Assembly: GCA_030622635.1 (NCBI GenBank)
Contig: JAUXFX010000001.1
Coordinates: 306 to 64,305 of the forward strand
Direction: 5' to 3'
DNA from: Bacteroidota bacterium
Lineage (GTDB): Bacteria > Bacteroidota > Bacteroidia > Bacteroidales > JADFUO01
Length of the DNA stretch: 64,000 bases
Part shown: positions 36,319-47,323 of the stretch, in pieces
How positions within the stretch are numbered: the stretch's first letter is position 1
Layout of the letters: each line of letters begins with the position of its first letter
Notes under the pieces: model-generated
The model's input: the letters and a program-made list of their open reading frames with translations, nothing else
What the model was told of the DNA's origin: nothing
Database searches by the model: none
Program-made: the position numbers and the translations under genes

Positions 36319-37269
36319 ATGAATTTTAAAAAACACATAATCGTAATAATATTTTCATTGTTTATTGGCAATATGAGCATTGCACAACAAATGCCTCAAT
36401 TTACTCAGAATATGTTTACTAATATGGCTGTAAACCCGGGTTATGCAGGAATAAGTGGAGCAATGTGTGTATCCGGATTAGTAAGACAACAATGGGTCGG
36501 TTTTAAAGATAGCGAAGGTAACAAAGTTGCCCCCGAAACATTTCTGATTACATTCGATACACCTGTCAGAATGATACATGGAGGAATCGGAGTATCGGTT
36601 ATTCAGGATAAAATAGGTTTTCAAAAAAATGTGGGATTAAATGTAGGATATTCATATCATCGCGACTTGGGCAGGGGTGTATTGGGGATTGGTGCTCAAA
36701 TCATTTTTTTGAACAAATCAGTTGATGCTTCTAAATACATTGCAATTGACGAGGTAGATCCCGTAATTGATAACCTGAAAAGTAACGGAAGCACTATGCT
36801 TATTGATTTTGCATTTGGCTTGTTTTATAAAGTCCCTGATGCATACTATATTGGTATATCATCATATAACTTAGCTCAGTCAAAATGGAAGTTTGAAAAT
36901 GATTTTAATTACACTTTAAAAAGAACTTTTTATTTCACTGCAGGTTATGAATTTACTTTACCAAATAATCCTTCTTTCCAAATTGACCCATCAATTTTTA
37001 TAAAAACCGACGGTTCATCAACCCAATACGATATAAATGCTCTTGTAAAATACAATAATAAGTTTTGGGGAGGCGTTACATACAGAGTACAGGATGCCGT
37101 GGCGGTAATACTTGGAATGAAATACAAAAACTTCCGCATAGGTTATGCTTATGATATTCCACTTTCATCAATCGGAATGAATGGCAGCCATGAAGTTTTA
37201 TTGGGTTATTGCTTTAAAATTGAAGTAGAAAGAGCGAGGAAAAGATATAAAAATACAAGATTTTTATAA
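36319..37269 (+). CDS. porP: PorP/SprF-family type IX secretion membrane protein
   Basis: QQMPQFTQNMFTNMAVNPGYAG is the family N-terminal signature. I prefer ATG 36319 to the TTG at 36304. Confidence 0.85.
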   Translation: MNFKKHIIVIIFSLFIGNMSIAQQMPQFTQNMFTNMAVNPGYAGISGAMCVSGLVRQQWVGFKDSEGNKVAPETFLITFDTPVRMIHGGIGVSVIQDKIGFQKNVGLNVGYSYHRDLGRGVLGIGAQIIFLNKSVDASKYIAIDEVDPVIDNLKSNGSTMLIDFAFGLFYKVPDAYYIGISSYNLAQSKWKFENDFNYTLKRTFYFTAGYEFTLPNNPSFQIDPSIFIKTDGSSTQYDINALVKYNNKFWGGVTYRVQDAVAVILGMKYKNFRIGYAYDIPLSSIGMNGSHEVLLGYCFKIEVERARKRYKNTRFL

Positions 37270-37375
37270 TTAATTCGTTTATTAATTTTTTTTATTCAGT
37301 TTTTTTTTAATTTTGAACCCCCAAAATAATAAATATTTGTAATTCCCGTTAGTTTGACAATTAAATATTAAAAAC

Positions 37376-38746
37376 ATGAAAAAACTATTCATTTACTTAG
37401 CAATAATAATCTTTCTGGGCAGTTGCAGTAATTCAGGAAATGGAGAACTTGTTGGAGTGAACAGAAAATCAAAACCATTTTATCAACCTGATCCATATGG
37501 TATGATGTTTATCCCTCAGGGAAGCTATACAATGGGTGTTAGTGATCAGGATATTTCTTATTCACAACTTCATGAGCCGAAAACAATTTCAGTGTCAGCA
37601 TTTTTTATAGATGAGACTGAAATTACAAATAATGAATACAGGCAATTTGTTTATTGGGTAAGAGATTCTATTGCCCGAACTCTTCTTGGCGAACTCAATC
37701 CCGAAGATTATTTAATTGAAGAGAATAAAAAAACAGGTGAATTATACGACCCCCCATATCTAAACTGGGACGAAGATATTGACTGGCAAAGTGATGAACA
37801 GGATGTTAGAGATGTTCTTGAAGATATGTATTTACCTGAACATGAAAGATATTTCAGAAGAAAAGAAATTGATACCAGAAAATTGAATTACGAATATTAC
37901 TGGGTTGACTTACACGCTGCTGCTGTCAAAGATTTTACACAGGAAGCAAATTTTGAGAATGCAAGTTTAGCAAACCGCCCTCAAGGTTTAAGAGACAGGT
38001 CGGTTTATGTTAGAAAAGAAGTAATAAATGTTTATCCGGATACATTATCTTGGATACATGATTATACTTACTCATTTAACGATCCGATGACAGAAAAATA
38101 TTTCTGGCATCCTGCTTATGATAATTATCCTGTAGTAGGCATTAACTGGAGGCAGGCAAAAGCATTCTGTGTTTGGAGAACAGAAATGTTAAACAGTTAT
38201 CTGAGAGGGAAAAAGGGAGGAACCAGTTTAGCCGAATTTCGATTGCCTACCGAAGCTGAATGGGAATGGGCAGCACGCGGAGGTTATGGTTTAAGTCCGT
38301 TTCCATGGGGAGGCCCTTATACAAGGAACGAAAAAGGCTGCTTCTTGGCAAATTTCAAACCACTTAAAGGTAATTATATTGATGATGGTGGCTTGCGTAC
38401 TGTAATCGTTGCCCATTATCCTTCAAACGATTGGGGTATTTATGACATGGCTGGCAACGTGGCAGAATGGACAAACAGCGCTTATGATCCTTCATCATAT
38501 AATTTTACATGGGATATGAATCCTAATTATACTTACAATGCAAAAGAATCCGATCCGCCTGCAATGAAGAGAAAAGTCATAAGAGGAGGATCATGGAAAG
38601 ATATTGCATATTATTTACAAGTTACAACCAGGGCTTATGAATATCAGGATACAGCAAAATGCTATATCGGTTTCAGGTGTATCCAGCCTTATCTTGGAAG
38701 AAACAAGGATGATAATCCTGCACGTGCTTCAAAAGTTTATAATTAA
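37376..38746 (+). CDS. gldK: Gliding motility/T9SS lipoprotein GldK (PorK), SUMF1/FGE fold
   Basis: 456 aa. It has the lipobox LGSCS, VIRGGSWKD, and sits first in a K-L-M-N order. Confidence 0.9.
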   Translation: MKKLFIYLAIIIFLGSCSNSGNGELVGVNRKSKPFYQPDPYGMMFIPQGSYTMGVSDQDISYSQLHEPKTISVSAFFIDETEITNNEYRQFVYWVRDSIARTLLGELNPEDYLIEENKKTGELYDPPYLNWDEDIDWQSDEQDVRDVLEDMYLPEHERYFRRKEIDTRKLNYEYYWVDLHAAAVKDFTQEANFENASLANRPQGLRDRSVYVRKEVINVYPDTLSWIHDYTYSFNDPMTEKYFWHPAYDNYPVVGINWRQAKAFCVWRTEMLNSYLRGKKGGTSLAEFRLPTEAEWEWAARGGYGLSPFPWGGPYTRNEKGCFLANFKPLKGNYIDDGGLRTVIVAHYPSNDWGIYDMAGNVAEWTNSAYDPSSYNFTWDMNPNYTYNAKESDPPAMKRKVIRGGSWKDIAYYLQVTTRAYEYQDTAKCYIGFRCIQPYLGRNKDDNPARASKVYN

Positions 38747-38802
38747 AAATTTAATAGTATATTTCAAATTAAAAATTATTATTTACCTAACTATTTAATA
38801 TT

Positions 38803-39828
38803 ATGGGTTTAAACAATTTAGTAAGAAGTAGAGGATTTAGAAATTTTATGGCTAAACTCTATGGCTGGGGTGCGGCAGTCGTAATTTTAGGTGCACTCTT
38901 TAAAATTAATCACTATCCATATGCAGATTATATGTTGATTGTAGGTTTAGGTACAGAATCGTTAATATTCTTTTTCTCTGCATTCGAACCACCACATGTT
39001 GAACCGGACTGGAGTTTGGTTTATCCGGAATTAGCAGGTATGTATCATGGAATGGATCTTGCTGAACAAAAGAGAATTGGAGTTACCGAAAAATTAGACG
39101 ACCTGCTTGCAGAAGCTAAAATCGGACCGGAGTTGATTGAGAGCCTTGGCATGGGATTACGAAATTTGAGTGATCAAACATCAAAATTAAAAGATGTATC
39201 AAATGCAACTATTGCCACAAACGAATTTGTTGAAAATGTAAAAAATGCTTCTTCTTCAGCCGGTGAACTTTCTCAGGCATACAAAAAAACTTCCGAATCG
39301 CTTAATCAGGATTCAGGTGCTTCAATAGAATACATTAATAATATTAAACAAGCATCAATCGGTGCTGCTAATCTTTCAAATGCATATTCACAAGCATCAG
39401 AATCAATCAAAAACGATTTATCTGTTACACATGAATTTGCAGGAAGTATTAAAGCAGCTACACAATCAGCAAATAATTTAGTTGAAAATTATACTAAATC
39501 AGCAGAAATTCTTTCAAAATCAGTTGAAATTCTTGATTTTTCAGCTGCAGAAGGTTCTTCTTATAATGAACAATTAAAAAGAATATCAGATAATCTGTCT
39601 GCTTTGAATGCTGTATATGAATTGCAATTACAAGGCACAAACCAGCAAGTTGAATCATCTGCCAAACTTCAGCAAACTATGAACCAGTTTCTTGAAAATA
39701 TTAATGAATCTGCTGATAAAATGGGAATCTACAAAGAACAAATTGATGTATTAACAGAAAAAGTAGCTGCCCTTAATAAAGTATATGGGAATATGCTGTC
39801 GGCTATGAGTTTTAATCCAAACAGTTAA
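38803..39828 (+). CDS. gldL: GldL (PorL)
   Basis: 341 aa. There are two N-terminal TM helices (YGWGAAVVILGALFKINHYPYADYMLIVGLGTESLIFFFSAFEPP) followed by a long coiled region. Confidence 0.9.
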   Translation: MGLNNLVRSRGFRNFMAKLYGWGAAVVILGALFKINHYPYADYMLIVGLGTESLIFFFSAFEPPHVEPDWSLVYPELAGMYHGMDLAEQKRIGVTEKLDDLLAEAKIGPELIESLGMGLRNLSDQTSKLKDVSNATIATNEFVENVKNASSSAGELSQAYKKTSESLNQDSGASIEYINNIKQASIGAANLSNAYSQASESIKNDLSVTHEFAGSIKAATQSANNLVENYTKSAEILSKSVEILDFSAAEGSSYNEQLKRISDNLSALNAVYELQLQGTNQQVESSAKLQQTMNQFLENINESADKMGIYKEQIDVLTEKVAALNKVYGNMLSAMSFNPNS

Positions 39829-39887
39829 AACTGAATAAAATCAGTAATATAGAAAAAATATTTATTTAAAAATTACAATAATTATTT

Positions 39888-41498
39888 ATGGCTGGATATA
39901 AGGAAACCCCGCGACAGAAAATGATTGCGATGATGTACCTGGTGTTGACAGCACTTTTGGCACTTAACGTTTCAAAAGAGATGTTAGATGCATTTATTGT
40001 GGTTAACAAAAGTGTTGAAAATACTAAAGCAAATTTTGCCAGTAAAATTGATGACACTTACAATAGATTTGAACAACAACTAAAAATTAATCCTAACAAA
40101 GTAGGTCCATACTGGGAAAAAGCACAAAAAGCAAAACAGTTATCTGAACGAATTGTCAGATATATTGATAGTGTAAAATATGCTGTTATTATACGTACAG
40201 ATGGTTTGATAGAAACAGTTGAACAGGCAAAAAATATTCCATTAGGGCAGGTTCATGCCAAAGATATGTTTACCGAACCAACACGATATTTCTTTGGCCG
40301 TTCGGAAGACGGAACTACCGGCGAAGCAGGAAAACTAAAAAGAAAAATAAATAATTACAGAGATCAAATGCTTGAGATAGCTGGTGAACCTCTTGATAGT
40401 GACCGTTTAGGATTAATCACAAAAGGACCATACTATAATGCAGACGGAAAACCCCTTACATGGGAACAATATAACTTTTATTATACAATTTTAGCTGCCG
40501 ATGTAACTATATTAAATAAATTTATTTCAGAAGTTCAAAGTGCTGAATTTGATGTTGTTAGCCTTCTATATTCTTCTGTAACCGCCGAAGATTTTAAGTT
40601 TGATGAAATTAATGCTAAAGTTGTTCCGAAAACTTCTTACATATTGAAAGGTCAAACCTATGAAGCTGAAGTATTTGTTGCTGCCTATGACACAAAACAA
40701 GACCCTGAAGTTTTTGTATTAAAGGGAGTTGACACCATCACAAGCGGAAATATTAAAAGGGCTGTGCCGGTTGAAGGAAAAAAAGGAGTTGTAAAACTAT
40801 CTTTCACCGGAAATACCGAAGGACCTCAAAAATATGCGGGTATAATTAAAATCTTAAACCCTGAAGGTGAAGCATTGAATTTTCATTTTAAAGGTGACTA
40901 TATTGTGGGTCCGCCTTCGCTTACTGTAGCAGCTACCAAAATGAATGTATTTTACATTGGAGTTGATAATCCGGTATCAATTTCAGTTCCAGGTGTGGCT
41001 GCTGAAAATCTTTATCCAGACATAACTTCCGGTGCTAGTTTAACACGTGACCCTGAAGGTAAAGACTGGATAGTAAGAGTACCAAAAGGTATGAAAAGAG
41101 CAGTAGTAACTGCTGATGCAAATTTTGAAGGCAAAAGAATAAATATGGGATCAAGCGAATTCCGTGTAAAAAGAGTCCCTGCTCCTATTGCAGAAATTGC
41201 AGGTCAAAAAGAAGGTGCAATTAATAAAAATACTTTATTAGCTGCTAATGCAATTATACCTTCAATGAAGGATTTTGAATTTGATCTGTATTTTGAAGTT
41301 AAATCTTTTACTATGGCTACTATTATCAGTGGAGACTGGATACCTAAAACTACAAGAGGTAACACGTTTTCAGAAGAAATGATAAATATTATCAGAGATG
41401 CAAAACGAAAACAAAAATTCTTTTTTGAAAACATACAGGCAGTTGGACCTGACGGCACAACCCGTACTTTAAATGTAATAAATCTTATAATTGATTAG
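39888..41498 (+). CDS. gldM: GldM (PorM)
   Basis: 536 aa. The N-terminus is MAGYKETPRQKMIAMMYLVLTALLALNVSKE. Confidence 0.9.
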   Translation: MAGYKETPRQKMIAMMYLVLTALLALNVSKEMLDAFIVVNKSVENTKANFASKIDDTYNRFEQQLKINPNKVGPYWEKAQKAKQLSERIVRYIDSVKYAVIIRTDGLIETVEQAKNIPLGQVHAKDMFTEPTRYFFGRSEDGTTGEAGKLKRKINNYRDQMLEIAGEPLDSDRLGLITKGPYYNADGKPLTWEQYNFYYTILAADVTILNKFISEVQSAEFDVVSLLYSSVTAEDFKFDEINAKVVPKTSYILKGQTYEAEVFVAAYDTKQDPEVFVLKGVDTITSGNIKRAVPVEGKKGVVKLSFTGNTEGPQKYAGIIKILNPEGEALNFHFKGDYIVGPPSLTVAATKMNVFYIGVDNPVSISVPGVAAENLYPDITSGASLTRDPEGKDWIVRVPKGMKRAVVTADANFEGKRINMGSSEFRVKRVPAPIAEIAGQKEGAINKNTLLAANAIIPSMKDFEFDLYFEVKSFTMATIISGDWIPKTTRGNTFSEEMINIIRDAKRKQKFFFENIQAVGPDGTTRTLNVINLIID

Positions 41499-41528
41499 AA
41501 ATTTAAAATAAATATAATTTTTCCTAAC

Positions 41529-41534
41529 AGGAGG
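41529..41534 (+). promoter_or_regulatory. Canonical Shine-Dalgarno AGGAGG 4 nt before the gldN ATG
   Basis: The sequence is caggaggtattATG. Most other genes in the window have A/T-only leaders. Confidence 0.5.
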
Positions 41535-41538
41535 TATT

Positions 41539-42387
41539 ATGAAAAAACTACTCATCTCGTTATTCACTCTAAGCTTGATAATAGCGATAAATATTAATTC
41601 ACAATCACAAATACTTGATAGCCCGCCACAGGATGGACTTTTTCCCGACATAGGAATGATTGATAAGAAACCTGTTCCATATCCGCCATTGAGAAAGGCA
41701 GATATTATGTGGTCTAAAAGAATATGGCGCGTTATTGATATGCGCGAAAAAATAAATCAACCGTTTTATTACCCGTTAGAACCGCATAACGGATGGAGAA
41801 GCTTTATGCAAATTATTATGGATGCCTTAAAAGAAGGGTCAATTACAGCTTATGATATTTCCGGTACTGACGAATTTTTAGTGCCACTAACTTATCAGGC
41901 AGTTATAACAAGACAGATTGACACTTTCCATACAATACTAAATCGATCATATCCTCCTTATGATGAGTATGATACTGTTATTTTTTCGGAATTTGATCCA
42001 TCCAAAGTTATGCGTATTAGGATTAAAGAAGACTGGTATTTTGACAAACAACGTTCACAATTACTTGTAAGAATACTTGGGATTTGTCCTATTATGATGA
42101 AAGACCGGGAAGGTGTTGAAATTCCCGAACCTTTATTCTGGATTCACTTTCCTGAAGCAAGACCAATACTGGCTAAAGCAGAAATGTTTAACAGGTTTAA
42201 TAGCGCCGAAAGAAGAACTTATGATGAAATATTCTGGAAAAGAATGTTCGGAAGTTATGTTTATAAAGAACAAAATGTTTATGACAGAAAAATCTCGCAA
42301 TATGCAACCGGTATGGATGCTTTGCTTGAAGCTGAAAGAATCAAAAATGAATTATTTGAATTTGAACATGATCTTTGGGAATTTTAA
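41539..42387 (+). CDS. gldN: GldN (PorN)
   Basis: 282 aa with a signal peptide. It is the last gene of the gldKLMN operon. Confidence 0.88.
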   Translation: MKKLLISLFTLSLIIAININSQSQILDSPPQDGLFPDIGMIDKKPVPYPPLRKADIMWSKRIWRVIDMREKINQPFYYPLEPHNGWRSFMQIIMDALKEGSITAYDISGTDEFLVPLTYQAVITRQIDTFHTILNRSYPPYDEYDTVIFSEFDPSKVMRIRIKEDWYFDKQRSQLLVRILGICPIMMKDREGVEIPEPLFWIHFPEARPILAKAEMFNRFNSAERRTYDEIFWKRMFGSYVYKEQNVYDRKISQYATGMDALLEAERIKNELFEFEHDLWEF

Positions 42388-42406
42388 TATATAAAGTGTT
42401 TTCATT

Positions 42407-42435
42407 AAAACTCTCCTTTTGGGGAGTTTTTTTTT
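42407..42435 (+). terminator. Rho-independent terminator after gldN
   Basis: aaaactctcc-tttt-ggggagtttt forms a 10-bp stem (one U-G pair), followed by a run of T. Confidence 0.8.
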
Positions 42436-42477
42436 GCATGATATTTTATTTATATTTGTTCTAAATTTGTTTATTCA

Positions 42478-44583
42478 ATGTCATATAATATCCTTGAAAC
42501 ATCAATCGAATATTTAAAAGGAGTTGGCCCTAAACGTGCCGAGTTATTAAAAAAAGAATTGAATATATTTACATTTGGTGATCTGCTTACATATTTTCCT
42601 TTCAGATATATTGATAAAAGTAAAATTTATAAAATCAGGGAAATTACCAGTGATATGTCTTATGTTCAATTACGAGGGGAAATCACTAATATTCAGCTTA
42701 TCGGAAAAAGCAGAGCCAAAAGATTATCAGCGTATCTGAAAGATGAAACAGGTGTAATTGAATTAGTTTGGTTTAAAGGAATTAAATGGATCAAAGATAA
42801 ATTTAAACCCGGCGAAGAATATATCGTTTTCGGAAAACCGACAATTTTCAACAGGAAATTCAATATTCCTCATCCTGAAATTGAACTTATTTCCGAACAA
42901 CACGATTCATTGAGCAAATCTTTTCAGGCTTTTTACAGTTCTACTGAAAAACTTAAATCAAGAGGATTAGGCAGTAAAGGTATAAGTAAATTAATCGGGA
43001 ATCTTGTCCTGAAGATTAACGGGGAAATTCCTGAAAATCTAACGGAAAAGATCATTCAGAACCTCAAATTAATCTCGAGAGAGCAAGCATTGATCAATAT
43101 TCATTTTCCGGAAAATCAATATATTTTGCAAAAAGCTGAGGCAAGATTGAAATTTGAAGAATTATTTTTTATTCAGTTGCGGTTATTAAAACAAAAATAC
43201 ATCCGAATTCAAAAAATAAAGGGACACACTTTTTCTGTTGTTGGAGATTATTTTAATTACTTTTTTAAAAAAAATCTTCCGTTTGAATTAACAAATGCAC
43301 AAAAAAAAGTCATCAAAGAAATCCGCAAAGACATTGGCTCAGGAAAACAAATGAACAGGCTGTTGCAGGGTGATGTTGGTAGCGGCAAAACCCTTGTTGC
43401 CCTTATGTCAATTTTAATTGCCATTGATAATAATTATCAGGCTTGTATAATGGCACCAACTGAAATACTTGCCAACCAACATTTTGCAACAATCTCAAAA
43501 ATGCTTAAGGGAATGGATATTTCAGTTGAACTGCTTACAGGATCAACCAAAACATCAAAAAGAAAAATTATTAACGAGAATTTGCTTAACGGTAGTTTGC
43601 AAATTTTAATCGGAACGCATGCATTAATTGAAGAAACTGTAAAATTTAAAAATCTCGGACTGGTAATTATTGATGAACAACATCGTTTTGGAGTGGCTCA
43701 ACGTGCAAAACTCTGGAAAAAAAATATTATCCCACCACACATACTGGTGATGACAGCTACGCCAATACCACGTACTTTAGCTATGACTCTTTACGGAGAC
43801 CTTGATTTTTCAATAATTGACGAACTACCTCCAGGCAGGAAACCTGTTAAAACTTATCATCTTTACGACTCAAAAAGACTGAAAGTATTTGGTTTTATTA
43901 AAAAAAAGATTGAAGAAGGCAGGCAAATCTATGTTGTTTACCCTTTAATTGAAGAATCTGAAAAATTAGATTTAAAATATTTAATGGATGGTTATGAAAG
44001 TATTGTAAGGGAATTTCCATTACCTGAATACGCTGTGAGTATAGTTCACGGGAAAATGAAGTCGGCAGATAAAGATTTTGAAATGCAGCGATTTATCCGT
44101 GGAGAAACACAAATTATGGTTTCCACTACTGTTATTGAAGTTGGAGTTGATATTCCAAATGCAAGTGTTATGATAATTGAAAATGCCGAAAGGTTCGGAT
44201 TATCGCAGCTTCATCAATTACGGGGAAGGGTTGGCAGAGGAGCTGACCAATCACATTGTATTTTAATGACAGATTATAAAATCACTAATGATGGAAAAAA
44301 AAGAATTGAAACTATGGTGAGAACTTCCGATGGTTTTGAAATTGCTGATGTTGATCTTAAACTACGAGGTCCTGGTGATATTCAGGGAACACAGCAAAGC
44401 GGAATCCTTGATTTGAAAATTGCCGATTTGATAAAAGATGAAAAAATATTAAAATACTCAAGAAACCTTGCAATTGAAATTCTGAAAAACGACCCGAGTT
44501 TAGAACATAAAGAAAATTTCCTACTTGCAAAACAATTAAAATCTTTTGAAAAAAATAAAGTAAATTGGGGATTGATAAGCTAA
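42478..44583 (+). CDS. recG: ATP-dependent DNA helicase RecG
   Basis: 701 aa. It has GDVGSGKT, DEQHRFGV and QLRGRVGRG. Confidence 0.93.
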   Translation: MSYNILETSIEYLKGVGPKRAELLKKELNIFTFGDLLTYFPFRYIDKSKIYKIREITSDMSYVQLRGEITNIQLIGKSRAKRLSAYLKDETGVIELVWFKGIKWIKDKFKPGEEYIVFGKPTIFNRKFNIPHPEIELISEQHDSLSKSFQAFYSSTEKLKSRGLGSKGISKLIGNLVLKINGEIPENLTEKIIQNLKLISREQALINIHFPENQYILQKAEARLKFEELFFIQLRLLKQKYIRIQKIKGHTFSVVGDYFNYFFKKNLPFELTNAQKKVIKEIRKDIGSGKQMNRLLQGDVGSGKTLVALMSILIAIDNNYQACIMAPTEILANQHFATISKMLKGMDISVELLTGSTKTSKRKIINENLLNGSLQILIGTHALIEETVKFKNLGLVIIDEQHRFGVAQRAKLWKKNIIPPHILVMTATPIPRTLAMTLYGDLDFSIIDELPPGRKPVKTYHLYDSKRLKVFGFIKKKIEEGRQIYVVYPLIEESEKLDLKYLMDGYESIVREFPLPEYAVSIVHGKMKSADKDFEMQRFIRGETQIMVSTTVIEVGVDIPNASVMIIENAERFGLSQLHQLRGRVGRGADQSHCILMTDYKITNDGKKRIETMVRTSDGFEIADVDLKLRGPGDIQGTQQSGILDLKIADLIKDEKILKYSRNLAIEILKNDPSLEHKENFLLAKQLKSFEKNKVNWGLIS

Positions 44584-44730
44584 TATACTAATTCTTAACG
44601 GGTTTACGAAGTAAAGCTGTTTATACATACGCACAAACCCTTTCGGGTTTGAAAGTAGTTATGCGTGCTGAATAGACGTTTAAAGTTTTTGCATTTCTAT
44701 TCAGCATTAGTATAATTTCTTAAATATCAT

Positions 44731-44738
44731 TACATTTG
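44731..44738 (+). promoter_or_regulatory. TAnnTTTG box (TACATTTG) upstream of pheT
   Basis: It lies 31 nt upstream of ATG 44769. Confidence 0.4.
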
Positions 44739-44768
44739 CAGCCAAGCAATAATTAAAATTTTGCAGGA

Positions 44769-47231
44769 ATGAAAATTTCATATAACTGGCTAAAAAAATA
44801 CATAGATATTAATTTTGAACCTTTAAAGCTGTCGGAATTGCTTACTGATTGCGGTTTGGAAGTTGAAGGTCTTGAAAAATATCAATCAATAAAAGGAGGA
44901 CTGGAAGGAGTGGTAATTGGTGAGGTTATAACAAAAGAAAAACATCCCAATGCCGATAAATTAAGTTTGACTACTGTTGATGTCGGTAGCGACAAATTAT
45001 TAAATATTGTATGCGGTGCACCTAATGTTGCTGCCGGACAGAAAGTGCTTGTTGCCACTATCGGTACAACACTTTATCATGAAGATCACTCTTTTGAGAT
45101 TAAAAAAACAAAGATCAGGGGTGAGATTTCCGAAGGAATGATCTGTGCCGAAGATGAACTCGGTTTAGGAACATCTCACGAGGGCATTATGGTTCTTGAC
45201 CCAAATGCAGAGATTGGAGTTAAAGCCAAAGAATATTTTAAAATTGAAAACGATTATATTTATGAAATCGGATTAACACCTAACCGTTCCGATGCAACTT
45301 CACATATTGGCGTTGCAAGAGATCTTGTAGCTGTTTTTAACTGTTTAAATTCTGATCGTAAATCAAAATTAAAAATCCCTTCTGTTAAAGATTTTAAAAT
45401 TGATGATCATAAAAGAGAAATTGATGTTATTATTGAAGATACGGAAGCATGTCCGAGATATTCAGGAATAACAATTTCAGGCATTCAGGTTAAAGAATCC
45501 CCGCAGTGGCTAAAAGATCGTTTAAAAACAATTGGAGTACGACCAATTAATAATATTGTTGATATTACAAATTTTGTTCTTTTTGAAACAGGACAACCAT
45601 TGCACGCTTTTGATACTGATGAAATTCACGGCGGAAAAGTAATTATTAAAAAACTGGCTCAAGGCACAAAATTCACTACTCTTGATGAAATTGAAAGAGA
45701 ACTTACTAAAGATGACCTGATGATTTGCAACGAATCAAAAGGAATGTGTATTGCCGGAGTATTTGGTGGTACTAAATCAGGAGTTACTGAAAAAACAAAA
45801 AACATTTTTTTGGAAAGTGCTTATTTCGATCCGAAAACAATTCGTAAAACTTCAAAATATCATGCTTTACAAACCGATGCTTCATTCAGATTTGAAAGAG
45901 GTGCCGACCCTAATATTACTGTTTATGCTCTAAAACGGGCAGCCCTGCTAATTAAAGAAATTGCGGGCGGAAGTATTTCATCTGAAATAATGGATGTATA
46001 TCCTGAGCCAATTAACAAGTGGACTATTGATGTTTTATACAAAAATATTGATCGCCTGATAGGTAAATCTATTGAAAGAAAAATAATTAAAAATATTTTA
46101 AACGATTTAGATATAGATATTATTCAGGAATCAATTGAAGGATTAAAATTATCAATTCCAACTTATAAAGTTGATGTACGACGTGAGGCAGATATTATTG
46201 AAGAAATTTTAAGAATATACGGGTATAATAATGTTGAATTATCAAACCAGGTAAAATCTTCACTCTCGTTCAGTTCAAAACCTGATAAAGAAAAAATTCA
46301 GAATTTAATTTCCGGTTATTTATGTGATAACGGCTTTTCGGAAATTATTAATAATTCCCTTATTAATTCGGCGTATATTGAAAAAAATAATGTTTTTGAT
46401 AAGAAAAATGATGTTAAAATCCTGAACCCCATTAGTAATGATCTGGATATTTTAAGGCAGTCATTGTTTTTTGGCGGATTAGAAACCATTGCTTATAACC
46501 AAAACAGAAAAATTACTGATTTAAAATTATTTGAATTTGGAAATATATATTTTTATGATTTTGATAAATTTAATAAAGATAATCCCTTAACAAAATATAT
46601 TGAAACCAAACATCTAACTTTGTTTATAACCGGTCAAAAACATAAAGAAAGCTGGTCGGCAAGCCCAGAAATAGTTGATTTCTTTTATTTAAAAGCATTT
46701 GTAAATAATATTCTAAAGCGACTAAGTATTGATATTTCAAAAATGGAAATAAGTTTAAAAACTTCAAGCAATTTTCAGGAAGGTATGTTATATACCTTAA
46801 AAAAATCAAAACTTGTTGAATTTGGCTCTGTTTCAAAAAATCCTTTGAAAGATTTCGGAATAAAACAAGAAGTTTTTTATGCTGATTTTAACTGGGATTT
46901 GGTATTGGATGCAGTAAAAGATAATAAAATCAAATACCATGAAATTCCCAAATATCCTGAAGTAAGACGTGATCTTGCACTTTTAATTGATAAAAATATC
47001 CAATTTGAAGATATTGAAAAACTTGCTTATCAAACTGAAAAACAATTATTAAAATCCGTTACTTTATTTGACATTTATGAAGGAGATAAAATAGAAAAAG
47101 GTAAAAAATCTTATGCTGTCAGTTTTATCTTTCAAAATCCTGAAAAAACTTTAACAGATAAAATTGTTGATAAGGTTATGAACAGGCTTATATCTGCTTT
47201 TGAAAAAAACTTTAATGCAAAGATAAGGTAG
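44769..47231 (+). CDS. pheT: Phenylalanine--tRNA ligase beta subunit
   Basis: 820 aa. It has an N-terminal tRNA-binding domain (KHPNADKL), B3/4 and B5 domains, and a C-terminal FDX-ACB domain. Confidence 0.93.
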   Translation: MKISYNWLKKYIDINFEPLKLSELLTDCGLEVEGLEKYQSIKGGLEGVVIGEVITKEKHPNADKLSLTTVDVGSDKLLNIVCGAPNVAAGQKVLVATIGTTLYHEDHSFEIKKTKIRGEISEGMICAEDELGLGTSHEGIMVLDPNAEIGVKAKEYFKIENDYIYEIGLTPNRSDATSHIGVARDLVAVFNCLNSDRKSKLKIPSVKDFKIDDHKREIDVIIEDTEACPRYSGITISGIQVKESPQWLKDRLKTIGVRPINNIVDITNFVLFETGQPLHAFDTDEIHGGKVIIKKLAQGTKFTTLDEIERELTKDDLMICNESKGMCIAGVFGGTKSGVTEKTKNIFLESAYFDPKTIRKTSKYHALQTDASFRFERGADPNITVYALKRAALLIKEIAGGSISSEIMDVYPEPINKWTIDVLYKNIDRLIGKSIERKIIKNILNDLDIDIIQESIEGLKLSIPTYKVDVRREADIIEEILRIYGYNNVELSNQVKSSLSFSSKPDKEKIQNLISGYLCDNGFSEIINNSLINSAYIEKNNVFDKKNDVKILNPISNDLDILRQSLFFGGLETIAYNQNRKITDLKLFEFGNIYFYDFDKFNKDNPLTKYIETKHLTLFITGQKHKESWSASPEIVDFFYLKAFVNNILKRLSIDISKMEISLKTSSNFQEGMLYTLKKSKLVEFGSVSKNPLKDFGIKQEVFYADFNWDLVLDAVKDNKIKYHEIPKYPEVRRDLALLIDKNIQFEDIEKLAYQTEKQLLKSVTLFDIYEGDKIEKGKKSYAVSFIFQNPEKTLTDKIVDKVMNRLISAFEKNFNAKIR

Positions 47232-47323
47232 AAATATTTTTATTTTTGGATAAAATGTCATTATTTTGCCGCCCGTTAAAAATCTGAAAATAAATTAATT
47301 TTAAAAATTTAAATTAAATTAAC

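Noticed and set aside
42113-42394. 93-aa plus-strand ORF
   Set aside because: It is out of frame inside gldN, which is well supported.
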